DNA of 37,577 nucleotides, taken from assembly GCA_038064915.1 (NCBI GenBank), contig JBBTSB010000012.1, positions 1 to 37,577 on the forward strand. The letters are read 5' to 3'. The DNA comes from Patescibacteria group bacterium. Its GTDB lineage: Bacteria > Patescibacteriota > Minisyncoccia > 2-02-FULL-40-12 > IGHO2-01-FULL-4-A. The notes under the pieces were generated by a model. It did no database searches. It had not been told where the DNA came from and worked only from the letters and a program-made list of their open reading frames with translations. Shown here one piece after another: positions 18,104 through 27,132 of the stretch. Numbering within the stretch: the stretch's first letter is position 1; each line of letters opens with the position of its first letter. The translations under genes and the position numbers were made by a program.

Positions 18104-18846
18104 CACTTCGTTTCCTCGATGGCCGGCTTTTCGATGAAGAACTCGAGAGCCGGTACCTCGATACCACCCTCCTTCAGACGATGCATGGCGACGGTATCGC
18201 CGCCAGTGACGTCTGGATAGACCCACGACATCTTGATCGCGGGTTTCTGGTCCGTCACTTCCTTGACGAGAGCGCGCGCGCCGAGCTGAACGCTCGAGCG
18301 ACTCGCAACTCCGGAAGCGTCGAAGGTCTCGGTTGCGCCCGGTGCGATGAACCAGCGAGTCTGCTGGTCCTCCGCCAGGACTTCAGCCGGGTACTTCTCC
18401 GACTTGTTGGTGAATGAGAAGTACGTCCTGCTGATCGACTCAGCCGGAGCCGACTTCCCACCCAGGGCCGATTTCGTCGGCGGGGCGTCGGAGTCTTCGA
18501 CGGTCGCGTCGTTGACGTCCTCGTAGCCGGCTTCGGATTCGCCGGAATCGTTGCCACTGTCGGCATCGCGGAGGGCGTCGTGACCCATTTGACCTGCCTT
18601 ATGAGCCGCCACGAGCTTGCTACGGCGATACTTCAGGTAGAGCCGGTGTTCGCGAAGATCCGCGTCGCGGTCGATGCCGCGCTTGTAGAGCTCCCCGACA
18701 TCGCGATCGTCGCCGGCATACCCGCCGGAATAGAAACTCTTCCTTTCCTGACATTGCGTGTAGCGCACGTAGGCGTCGGCGATGGAACCGCCGAACGCCT
18801 GCGTCGCCGACGCGAGCAGGGTAACGAGGATGGTTACCAGCCTCAT
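18103..18846 (-). CDS. Secreted protein of unknown function (signal peptide)
   Basis: N-terminal MRLVTILVTLLASATQAFG is a signal peptide. A strong SD (AGGAGG) sits 8 nt upstream of the ATG. GC-rich. Confidence 0.6.
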   Translation of the reverse strand: MRLVTILVTLLASATQAFGGSIADAYVRYTQCQERKSFYSGGYAGDDRDVGELYKRGIDRDADLREHRLYLKYRRSKLVAAHKAGQMGHDALRDADSGNDSGESEAGYEDVNDATVEDSDAPPTKSALGGKSAPAESISRTYFSFTNKSEKYPAEVLAEDQQTRWFIAPGATETFDASGVASRSSVQLGARALVKEVTDQKPAIKMSWVYPDVTGGDTVAMHRLKEGGIEVPALEFFIEKPAIEETK

Positions 18847-18951
18847 TTCAGACCTCCTGGCGGATTATCCGCCTTTTGAAAACTAAAAACCCAGCAACCA
18901 AACCATTTTGATTGCCGGGTTTATTATACACCTTTATGAAATTTTTGTCAA

Positions 18952-19356
18952 TCAGTAATTGAAGAGGAAGCTCTCTACGAGACCTACAACCGTTTTCACA
19001 ATTATGAATGCACCTACAATAATCAGAAGTCCAATAAGACCATTCCATAGGTGTGTACGTGCTTTTCCTGCCTTTTCTGAGTCACCACCAGCAAAAAGAT
19101 ACTGGAAACCAGCAATTACAATATATAGAACTGCAATTGCAATGCCGATGAAGATCAACCACGTTACTACGCTTTCAACAACGTTAATCAAATCTTCTTT
19201 AGTTAAAGCTCCACCTTCAATTGGTCCTACGCCATTTGTATTGGGCGCCGCAAAAGCAGTGAGAGGTGAAAATAATATCAAGGCAACTAGTACGGCGGGA
19301 CTCCATTTCTTTGCAACCGCTAAAAATTTCGACATTGAGATATGAAGGTGTCGCAT
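18952..19356 (-). CDS. Small secreted membrane protein with VirB2/TrbC-pilin-like topology (paralog 1 of 3)
   Basis: Signal peptide (...PLTAFAAP) followed by two hydrophobic helices separated by the motif GFQYLFAGGDSEKAGKAR. The true start may be the internal Met at 19335. Confidence 0.55.
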   Translation of the reverse strand: MRHLHISMSKFLAVAKKWSPAVLVALILFSPLTAFAAPNTNGVGPIEGGALTKEDLINVVESVVTWLIFIGIAIAVLYIVIAGFQYLFAGGDSEKAGKARTHLWNGLIGLLIIVGAFIIVKTVVGLVESFLFNY

Positions 19357-19413
19357 GCACCTGTTTAATACTGCTTATATGCTACCACACAAACGCAAAT
19401 CATTTATCCACAC

Positions 19414-19770
19414 TCACTTCGTCACTCCTAATATATCTTTTATCAAACTCACCAGACCCTCCGCCAGAAGCACGACGACAATGCCGATGAGGGCGTACAT
19501 AACGGTTTTTCTTCCTTTCGTCACCTGTTCGGGATTTCCGCCGGCCGTCATGATTTGAAAGCCACCGATGACTACCATGAGCGGGGCAAGCGCATAGAGT
19601 ACCAAGTCTTTGATAAAGGAAATCACCTTACCCACGAGCACGGTAAAGTCGTCACTCGAGAGCGGATTGCATAGATCTTTATTAGGATCGCACGCCGCAA
19701 ACGCAGCAACTGGAAGAAGTGCGTAGTGAATAGTGAACAGTGCAAAAAGAATTATTAAGATATATTTCAT
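19414..19770 (-). CDS. Small secreted membrane protein with VirB2/TrbC-pilin-like topology (paralog 2 of 3)
   Basis: Signal peptide (LLPVAAFAA), then LYALAPLMVVIGGFQIMTAGGNPEQVTKGRKTVMYALIGIVVVLLAEGL. Same two-helix pattern with the GG-x-Q...AGG-x-PE...KGRK motif as its neighbours. Confidence 0.55.
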   Translation of the reverse strand: MKYILIILFALFTIHYALLPVAAFAACDPNKDLCNPLSSDDFTVLVGKVISFIKDLVLYALAPLMVVIGGFQIMTAGGNPEQVTKGRKTVMYALIGIVVVLLAEGLVSLIKDILGVTK

Positions 19771-19774
19771 AGTT

Positions 19775-20632
19775 CTATTTTACCACAACATCCCAGTGTT
19801 CGTTGCCCGTCCCTGGGCTTTCGAGCATATAGACATTGCCGTATTGATCCTGCCACCGCTGATAGTGTTCCGTGGGGCTTGGAGAAATCTTGGTAAATGT
19901 GGAATTCGTGGTGATGTACTGTGTCAGCGTATTGGGACTGCCATCGGGGTTCTTGGATTGAAGATCTATTTTGTACCCATTGGCATGCGTGTAGAGGTTT
20001 GAAGAGCTGTCGTCATGACCCACCGCGGAGCTGGTCGCATCCGTGACTATTACTTTGCAGTCGGGGAAGGCGGCCGTGCATTCTTTTTGCAGGGCGATAG
20101 TCGCATCAACGGTCTTGGTGTTTACCTGATTCAGTTCAGCGCCAGGTTTCACCTGCACTGCGCCGTTTTCGAGGCGCTGTTGAGCATCTTTCTCGCTCAT
20201 TCTCCCTCCGGTGGGGATGTTTGCCTGAAGAGGCTTTGCGGGACCGCAATCAAGTTTGAACCAACTCTTGGCGGTGTCGTTTTCGCCGGCGATTACTTTT
20301 ATGACGGTGTTTGCTACCAGCCATGACGTATAAATAATCACCACACCCGTGACGGTCATGGTAAGCATCTTTCGGCCTTGGCTGATGAGCTCTGGGTTGA
20401 GTCCCCCAAGCACGATCATGAGTCCCGCGGTGATGGCAAAAAGGATCGCGAGAATGGGAACGAGCGGATTGACGATAAAGTCGATGACGCGCTTGATCTG
20501 TTTCAGGATGTCACAAGTAGTACAAGCTTGCGTGGTAGAAGTGCCGCACACTACCAGTGGATCGACCGCCTGCGCAGAACTCAAAGGAACGAGAAAAAAA
20601 GTAGCAATGACAATGATTACAAAGTATTTCAT
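19775..20632 (-). CDS. Pilin-like N-terminal module (paralog 3 of 3) fused to a C-terminal extracellular domain of about 170 aa
   Basis: Signal peptide MKYFVIIVIATFFLVPLSSAQA. ...ITAGLMIVLGGLNPELISQGRKMLTMTVTGVVIIY aligns to paralogs 1 and 2. The C-terminal domain has H-x2-G-x3-D (THANGYKIDL) and a C-terminal EHW. Confidence 0.55.
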   Translation of the reverse strand: MKYFVIIVIATFFLVPLSSAQAVDPLVVCGTSTTQACTTCDILKQIKRVIDFIVNPLVPILAILFAITAGLMIVLGGLNPELISQGRKMLTMTVTGVVIIYTSWLVANTVIKVIAGENDTAKSWFKLDCGPAKPLQANIPTGGRMSEKDAQQRLENGAVQVKPGAELNQVNTKTVDATIALQKECTAAFPDCKVIVTDATSSAVGHDDSSSNLYTHANGYKIDLQSKNPDGSPNTLTQYITTNSTFTKISPSPTEHYQRWQDQYGNVYMLESPGTGNEHWDVVVK

Positions 20633-21942
20633 TGACGGTTCATGATCACATTCACCTGCGATTCCGCTTCGCGCAAGGCATCGGGTACGGAAAACCGGTT
20701 GAAGTTTACATTATCGATCATTTTGGCAAAAATCGTCTCGATCGCTATGTTATCTACTTGGTACCACGAACGCGCCGACAAGCTCTGCACCGCAAAAACG
20801 CCCAGTTCGGGAGTCGTGCGCTGGGTTTCGATAAGATCACGCCTGGCTGAAGGCCGATCAGAAACTTCCAGGTAAGTCTTGGTCGCGTCACCCGTGGCCA
20901 AGTATACCAAAAACTTCCACGCCTCTTCCGGTGCGGCGGATTGTTTGGACACGGTGGGCGCCCAGTAGTTTGCAAAATTCACCGTCACGGTTGCTTTTTC
21001 CGGCTGAGGCATGGGAGCAATGGTAAAGTTCAGCCGCGGGGATTTTGCGCGGATGGTTTTCAGATGGTGAGAATAGTTGAACATCATCGCGGCGTTGCCA
21101 TCGGTAAACGCATCGATAGAATACTTTTGAAAATCGTTCCACGTATAGCGATCGGGCTTCGCCTGGTTTGCAAAGTCCGTATAGAATTGCAGGGCGAGTT
21201 CGCCGACGTTAATACCTTCGACGGACTGGGAAAACAGCGCCGAGGTATTGCCGGCATTGGTCATGCGGGTACCGCTTTGGAGCATCAAGAGCATGAGTAG
21301 GTCCGTGGAGCGGTTGATGTTGTGCGAGGTCCCCAAGGAAGCGGCGGATGTAGTGATGTTGCCGCGGTCGTCACGCTTGGTGAGCAGACCCACATCGCGA
21401 ACAAACTCTTCCCAAGTTTTCGGGGGTGAGGAAATGCCCTTCGAATTCAATGTCTCTTTGTTATAATACAGCCCGAGCGTATCCACGTAGAGAGGTAACG
21501 CATAGATCGTTCCGTCCGGAGCAGTCAGATCTGCTTTCACAACATCGACAAATGTTTCCTGAAAATCTTTGAAGGTATAGATCGGAGTTTTGCCCGTCTG
21601 CGACAGGGGAATGATTTTGTCCTGATGCTTGGGAAGCCAAGTGTTGTGCATCAGCCATATGTCCGGTCCCGTTCCCGCGGCAAACGCGCTGATCAGGCTT
21701 TTTTCGTAGTCCTCAAACGAAAACTCGCGGTACACAATACGGACATTGGAATGCTCCTGCGTGTAGGTATCGATGGCATCTTGATAGAAGGAGCGGTCGT
21801 CAAACGTCCCCCAAAACTGGAGCGTCGCCTCAGCAGGCGGCTGACCTTTTTTGGAAAGGAGCAAATAGAGCAGTCCCGCCATAATGATGATAAACGCGAT
21901 ACCGATGAGTATGAGGATGATTTTCTTTTTGTCGAAGATCAT
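20629..21942 (-). CDS. Membrane-anchored extracellular solute-binding protein (ABC-type SBP family 1-like); no cognate transporter nearby
   Basis: 437 aa. N-terminal TM helix, then the MalE-like SBP fold signature (LQFWGTFDD..., GTGPDIW, YALPLYVDTLGLYYNK). Overlaps the downstream pilin-like gene by 4 nt. No permease or ATPase genes are in the window. Confidence 0.6.
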   Translation of the reverse strand: MIFDKKKIILILIGIAFIIIMAGLLYLLLSKKGQPPAEATLQFWGTFDDRSFYQDAIDTYTQEHSNVRIVYREFSFEDYEKSLISAFAAGTGPDIWLMHNTWLPKHQDKIIPLSQTGKTPIYTFKDFQETFVDVVKADLTAPDGTIYALPLYVDTLGLYYNKETLNSKGISSPPKTWEEFVRDVGLLTKRDDRGNITTSAASLGTSHNINRSTDLLMLLMLQSGTRMTNAGNTSALFSQSVEGINVGELALQFYTDFANQAKPDRYTWNDFQKYSIDAFTDGNAAMMFNYSHHLKTIRAKSPRLNFTIAPMPQPEKATVTVNFANYWAPTVSKQSAAPEEAWKFLVYLATGDATKTYLEVSDRPSARRDLIETQRTTPELGVFAVQSLSARSWYQVDNIAIETIFAKMIDNVNFNRFSVPDALREAESQVNVIMNRQ

Positions 21943-22478
21943 GGTTTTTTCATTAGTAAACCGTAGTGAAATCCTCCGGCTGGGAAGGTCTCAACAAAAG
22001 CGAGTCCGACTCTTTCCATCAATGCGCGAAGCTCTTCCGCTCCTATGCGCATAGCGGTTGGCGGTCCGGCGGGGTTTTCGTTTTTATTCCATTCCACGGA
22101 CGAAATTTTGCCACCGGACTTGACTATGCGCGACGCCTCTTCCAGCACTTCTTTTTTCTTGCTCGTTTGCCACAAAATATTGGCCAAAAAAACGACATCC
22201 TGTGAATTGTCACCCAACGTAGAGCTTCCGAGAACCTCGAGGTTTGCCCGTACACTGGTGACATTTTTGAGATCAAGTCGTTTTGCTTTGGCGGAAACCG
22301 ATTCCAGCGCGCTGGGGAGTACGTCGAGTGCCGTCACCCTGCCGGTTTCCCCTACCAGATTTGCTATCATGATCGCGATTTCCCCGGATCCGGAACCAAA
22401 ATCGGCAACCTGCATTCCTTCCTGAATGCCGATGCGTGTCATGAGTTCTTGGGGATTCACAAAACCCTCGTCCGTCAT
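21939..22478 (-). CDS. Class I SAM-dependent methyltransferase
   Basis: VADFGSGSGEIAIMIA (motif I, GxGxG) and a downstream acidic residue (ALDV). Overlaps the SBP start by 4 nt. Confidence 0.7.
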   Translation of the reverse strand: MTDEGFVNPQELMTRIGIQEGMQVADFGSGSGEIAIMIANLVGETGRVTALDVLPSALESVSAKAKRLDLKNVTSVRANLEVLGSSTLGDNSQDVVFLANILWQTSKKKEVLEEASRIVKSGGKISSVEWNKNENPAGPPTAMRIGAEELRALMERVGLAFVETFPAGGFHYGLLMKKP

Positions 22479-22499
22479 GCTCCTGATTATACCACGTTG

Positions 22500-23348
22500 C
22501 TATTTTTTGAGTAAATCTAAAACTTCCTGACTCGGCTTCCAGCCGATATTTTTCCAAGATTCTACAAACGATTGAACGTGCGCCAGCCCGTAGATGGATT
22601 TTTTAAAAGATGTACGGTAGGTAAGCTGTTGATGCATTTCGGGTGAATTCAAGATGTCCCCAAGGGAAACACCAGCTCTCTCCCAGGCATGAACAAGTTC
22701 AGAAAATTGCCGAGGATTATCTTGCCAAAGAAAAAGTTTTCTGAATATCTTTTCCCGGATTTCTTCTCGAGTTTCTGGCCTATCGAGATGCGGTTTCATT
22801 TCGATACCCACATCCCGCCATGCCTGTAGATAATCCAAAATTCTTTTTGGCTCATCACCGTAAATACTTATATTAAAAAGAAACCGATTATACAGATATC
22901 GCTGTATGTCCGGAGTGGCAAGCTCCATTTGCAGTTCCTCAGAAGATAGAGAAGTGGAGTCGCAGTACTTTTTAAATGCCCGAGGATCATAAAGGTTAAC
23001 TTCCTTTACATGTAGCTTTTTCTTTTCTTGGGCAGGTCGAGGCGTGGGTGGCGCATAAATATTTCCAAGATCAAAGTTAAAGTTTCCAAACCCAAAAAAG
23101 TCTGGTTTTCTGACACTATCATATGCTTTGCGCTTTGTCGGATCGGACAAAACCTCATACGCCATTGCAAGATCTTTAAACGTCTCCTCGGCTGCGACGT
23201 TGCCGGGGTTTACGTCAGGATGGTGCTGTCGCGCTAGGTTGCGGTACGCTCGTTTGATAGTTTCAGCATCGGCATTCCGAGGAACACCTAGAATTTCGTA
23301 GGGGTCTTTCTTTTTCTCGGGGGTTGATGCAAATCTTCGTTCACTCAT
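22500..23348 (-). CDS. J-domain (DnaJ-like) protein with non-canonical C-terminal region
   Basis: DPYEILGV...[14 protein letters not shown] is a J-domain with the HPD tripeptide. No Gly/Phe-rich region or Zn finger follows. Confidence 0.7.
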   Translation of the reverse strand: MSERRFASTPEKKKDPYEILGVPRNADAETIKRAYRNLARQHHPDVNPGNVAAEETFKDLAMAYEVLSDPTKRKAYDSVRKPDFFGFGNFNFDLGNIYAPPTPRPAQEKKKLHVKEVNLYDPRAFKKYCDSTSLSSEELQMELATPDIQRYLYNRFLFNISIYGDEPKRILDYLQAWRDVGIEMKPHLDRPETREEIREKIFRKLFLWQDNPRQFSELVHAWERAGVSLGDILNSPEMHQQLTYRTSFKKSIYGLAHVQSFVESWKNIGWKPSQEVLDLLKK

Positions 23349-23442
23349 GGTTTTTTCTTTATATCACCACTACCGCCCGGTGTTGTCCCAAAACGGTTAC
23401 TATCTCCTCCCAACCTCCCCTTACCGCAAAGGGGAGGAGCCA

Positions 23443-23688
23443 TCAGTAAATAAGCTTTGGGGGATGAAGTTCTTTCCCAAAAACTTTTGCAGCTTTCTGA
23501 AGAAGTTTTATACTTGGCAAGGCTTGCCCTTTCTCTATGCGAACAATATATTCTCGTTGTACACCGAGTCGATGAGCAAGTTCATTTTGAGCCATCTTCC
23601 GTTTAGCACGCGTTATTCTAACCATGTGACCGACATACAAAGCAAGGTTATTATCTTTGTAGAATTTTCTTTCCTTAGTAAGAGACAT
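23443..23688 (-). CDS. XRE-family helix-turn-helix transcriptional regulator
   Basis: 81 aa. MVRITRAKRKMAQNELAHRLGVQREYIVRIEKGQALPSIKLL is a classic Cro/C1-type HTH. Confidence 0.7.
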   Translation of the reverse strand: MSLTKERKFYKDNNLALYVGHMVRITRAKRKMAQNELAHRLGVQREYIVRIEKGQALPSIKLLQKAAKVFGKELHPPKLIY

Positions 23689-23751
23689 AATAGTATTGTA
23701 TCACAACTATGCACTCCCTCTTAGCGGTAAGAGGGAGTCGGAGGGAGATAG

Positions 23752-26178
23752 CTATACTACCACTACGCTTGCAACACTGTCCCCAGGTTCGAGTTTCATG
23801 ATGCGTACACCTTGGGTGGCACGGCCGAGGACGGAAATCGTATTGAGGGTTGTACGAATGACCACGCCCTTTCTGGAAACAGCGATAATTTCCTCATCCT
23901 CTCCCTCTTTTACCACATAAGCAGAAACGAGATTGCCAGTTTTGGAGGTGATCTTGGCGGTGAGAATTCCTTTTCCTCCCCGATTTTGAACTTTGTATTC
24001 AGTGAGTTTGGTGCGTTTGCCATAGCCATTGGCCATAATAGCAAGTAAGTGCGTTCCGGAGACTACATCGGCGCCGACTACTTTTGCGCCCTTATCAAGC
24101 CGTATGCCGATGACTCCGCCGGCGCCACGTCCCATGGGACGGACATCTTTTTCTTTAAATCGTACCGCCGAGCCGTCCGAAGTCGTGAGTATGACCTCAT
24201 CAGAACCCGAGGTGGGCTTTACCCACTTGAGCTCGTCGTCACCTTTGAGTTTGATTGCCACCATGCCATTGCGCCGTACTTGACCAAACGCCGTTGATTC
24301 GACTTTTTTTATGATTCCGTCGGCAGTCGTCATAAATAGATACTTGCTGGTATTTTTTTTCGCGTTCACCGGAATCACAGCCGTAATGCGATCCGTGGGA
24401 GAAATTTGGAGAAAATTGACGAGTGCTTTGCCCTTTGATTGACGCGTGGATTCCGGAACTTCGTAGCCTTTCGTCTGGTAGACTTTTCCGGTGTTCGTGA
24501 AAAACATCAAATCATCATGCGTGTTGGCGATGAAAAACTGGCTCACGGCATCCTCTTCTTTGGTCGCCATGCCAATGAGACCCTTTCCGCCGCGCTTCTG
24601 GGCTTTGAGCGCTGTGGGAGGAATGCGTTTGATGTATCCGCCGTAGGTAAGCATGAACAAAGATTCCTCATCGGGAATGAGTTCTTCTTCTCCGATTTCC
24701 TTCATCGCGCCTTTGATGACCTTGGTCCTGCGTTCGTCGCCATATTTTTCTTTGATCTCTTCAAATTCCTTTTTCACCACAGCGAGGATTTTCTTAGGAT
24801 GAGCGAGTAAATCTTCCAGGAACGCGATGAGCTCACGCTTCTCTTTGAGTTCGTCTTCAATCTTCTTGCGCTCGAGTCCCGCAAGCGTCTGTAGGCGCAT
24901 ATCGAGAATGGCGGTTGTTTGCTTATCGGAAAACTTGAATCGCTTGATGAGGTTCACTGCTGCATCTTCACGCGATTCGGATTTTTTGATGATCTTGATG
25001 ATCTCATCGATGTGGTCGAGTGCTTTGGAAAGTCCTTCGAGAATATGAGCACGCTCTTTTGCTTTGCGAAGATCATACTGGCTCCTTCGCGTCACTACAA
25101 CTTTGCGGTGTTCAATAAACTGCTCCAGCATGGACTTGAGGCTCAAGATTTGCGGTTGGAGACCATCCACGAGACCGATCATGTTCACGTGGAATGATTT
25201 TTGCAGTTCGGTGTAGGAATAGAGCTGATTGAGGACTTTTCGTGGAAACGCATCCTGCTTAAGATCAATGGCGATGCGCAAACCTTCTTTGTCCGATTCG
25301 TCGCGAATATCTTTGATGCCGAGGATTTTCTTGTCCTTGACCAGCTCGGCCATATGGATTATGAGCTCGGCCTTGTTTGTCTGGTAGGGAATTTCGTTGA
25401 TAATGATTTGGAATCCACGCTTTTCGGATTCCACGATATCTGCTTTCCCGCGCATCACAATCGGTCCCTTGCCCGTGGCGTAGGCATTGGCTATATCGCG
25501 ACTATTGTAAATGTATCCCCCAGTGGGAAAATCCGGTCCCTGGACAAACTGCATGAGTTCATCGAGGTCGGCGTTTGGGTGTTCGATCAAATGCATGAGT
25601 GCCATCAGTACCTCGGTGAGGTTGTGTGGCGGAATATTGGTCGTCATGCCCACCGCAATACCAAGCGATCCATTCAAGAGCAGGTTCGGAATGCGTGTGG
25701 GGAGTACGGTTGGTTCCTTGGTGCTTCCGTCAAAGTTGTCGGCAAAGTCCACTGTTTCCTTATCAATATCGGCAAGCATCAACTCCGCAATGGGGGCAAG
25801 TCGTGCCTCCGTATACCGATACGCCGCCGCTCCGTCGCCGTCAATGGAACCAAAGTTCCCCTGACCATCAACAAGCGGGTAGCGAAGTGAAAATGTCTGC
25901 GCCATGCGGACCATGGAATCATAGGCTGCGGTATCGCCATGAGGATGGAATTGTCCAAGCACATAACCGACGACCTTGGCTGATTTTTGATACTTTGATC
26001 CGGGGCGCAGACCCATCTCGTGCATGGCATACAAAATACGACGATGTACCGGCTTGAAGCCGTCGCGCACATCGGGGAGAGCACGAGCAACAATGACGCT
26101 CATGGCGTAATCCAAATACGAGTCCTGCATTTCTTGGACCAGTTCACGCGGTTTGATGTTACCTGAAAGAATTGCCAT
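23752..26178 (-). CDS. gyrA: DNA gyrase subunit A
   Basis: 808 aa. N-terminal ...[31 protein letters not shown]..., catalytic Tyr region, C-terminal beta-pinwheel repeats. Confidence 0.9.
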   Translation of the reverse strand: MAILSGNIKPRELVQEMQDSYLDYAMSVIVARALPDVRDGFKPVHRRILYAMHEMGLRPGSKYQKSAKVVGYVLGQFHPHGDTAAYDSMVRMAQTFSLRYPLVDGQGNFGSIDGDGAAAYRYTEARLAPIAELMLADIDKETVDFADNFDGSTKEPTVLPTRIPNLLLNGSLGIAVGMTTNIPPHNLTEVLMALMHLIEHPNADLDELMQFVQGPDFPTGGYIYNSRDIANAYATGKGPIVMRGKADIVESEKRGFQIIINEIPYQTNKAELIIHMAELVKDKKILGIKDIRDESDKEGLRIAIDLKQDAFPRKVLNQLYSYTELQKSFHVNMIGLVDGLQPQILSLKSMLEQFIEHRKVVVTRRSQYDLRKAKERAHILEGLSKALDHIDEIIKIIKKSESREDAAVNLIKRFKFSDKQTTAILDMRLQTLAGLERKKIEDELKEKRELIAFLEDLLAHPKKILAVVKKEFEEIKEKYGDERRTKVIKGAMKEIGEEELIPDEESLFMLTYGGYIKRIPPTALKAQKRGGKGLIGMATKEEDAVSQFFIANTHDDLMFFTNTGKVYQTKGYEVPESTRQSKGKALVNFLQISPTDRITAVIPVNAKKNTSKYLFMTTADGIIKKVESTAFGQVRRNGMVAIKLKGDDELKWVKPTSGSDEVILTTSDGSAVRFKEKDVRPMGRGAGGVIGIRLDKGAKVVGADVVSGTHLLAIMANGYGKRTKLTEYKVQNRGGKGILTAKITSKTGNLVSAYVVKEGEDEEIIAVSRKGVVIRTTLNTISVLGRATQGVRIMKLEPGDSVASVVVV

Positions 26179-26181
26179 GAG

Positions 26182-26475
26182 TTAGGGGAGGCGTTGCGGC
26201 GGAATCGTAGAGGTCATGGCCGGAGCAGGCTCATCGTTGTCTTTTTGAAAAAAACGTAACATATTCGCAGGTAAATTCTTAATTACAGCGAAAGGAGACG
26301 GGGCTTCTTCTTGGATTTGTTCTTGTTCTTTTCCGCCCAGGAGTGCAACAAAATCATTCTGTGTTTCCGAAAACCACGCGAATCCTACCAGAGAGAACGT
26401 GATAACAACCATCGTCCACATGAACAGATGGCGAATGTGGAGCGGCTGTCGGCGGATTTCGTCTAAAAGTTTCAT
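26182..26475 (-). CDS. Small membrane protein (single TM)
   Basis: 97 aa. Hydrophobic helix WTMVVITFSLVGFAWF. Abuts the gyrA start. Confidence 0.4.
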   Translation of the reverse strand: MKLLDEIRRQPLHIRHLFMWTMVVITFSLVGFAWFSETQNDFVALLGGKEQEQIQEEAPSPFAVIKNLPANMLRFFQKDNDEPAPAMTSTIPPQRLP

Positions 26476-26478
26476 GGT

Positions 26479-27114
26479 TTACAGGGTAAACGTAATTAAG
26501 CGCATTTCTTCTTGGGGAAGATTTTTTGATTGTATTTTAAATGATTCCACTTCTTCCGGCTTGATTGCAATTTCTTTAAGAAACGTGTTTGGCCCATCAA
26601 GATCAATGTTCAGTCCGGGAACTTTGTAGTGCATGGGAATGATGATCTTGGGTTCGATTTGCTTTACGATTCCGACCGCCTGCTTTCCGTCGATCGTGTA
26701 GGTGCCGCCGACGGGAACAAAAAGAATATCCACGCCTCCGATGGTTTCGATCTGTTCATCGGATAGTTCCGACTGACCGAGGTCACCCAGGTGGCACAAA
26801 GTAATATCCTCAAATTTGATAACGTAGATGGTATTCAATCCCCGATCAGCGCCATGATTGTTGTCGTGATAAGAACCCACACCGACGATTTGGACACTGG
26901 ATTTTTCATACTCACCGGGACCACAGATAACAAACGTTTCGGGAGAGGCTCCTTCAACATTGTTGTGGTCATAGTGCTCGTGGGTAACGCAGATAATCTG
27001 ATCGTTGATACGTGGCGCGCGAAGACCAATTTTGCCCTCAAAGGGATCAATTAAAACACGAGTGTCTTTCCCCTCTAAGCGGAAACAAGCCTGGCCATAC
27101 CAAGTGACTGTCAT
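26479..27114 (-). CDS. MBL-fold metal-dependent hydrolase (UPF0173-like)
   Basis: THEHYDH metal-binding motif (HxHxDH) and ...PMHY. Confidence 0.7.
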   Translation of the reverse strand: MTVTWYGQACFRLEGKDTRVLIDPFEGKIGLRAPRINDQIICVTHEHYDHNNVEGASPETFVICGPGEYEKSSVQIVGVGSYHDNNHGADRGLNTIYVIKFEDITLCHLGDLGQSELSDEQIETIGGVDILFVPVGGTYTIDGKQAVGIVKQIEPKIIIPMHYKVPGLNIDLDGPNTFLKEIAIKPEEVESFKIQSKNLPQEEMRLITFTL

Positions 27115-27132
27115 ACCTATAGGATAGCATTT

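Noticed and set aside
17624-18417. Long Arg-rich and Gly-rich ORFs on the + strand (17624..18220, 17751..18137, 18085..18417)
   Set aside because: High-GC DNA yields open frames on all strands. These lack start context or SD and have RRRR or GAGG low-complexity composition, whereas the - strand genes have signal peptide, a TM helix and strong SDs.
23812-26057. Multiple 70-230-aa + strand ORFs inside the gyrA region
   Set aside because: They are antisense to an unambiguous, full-length gyrA and have no conserved features.
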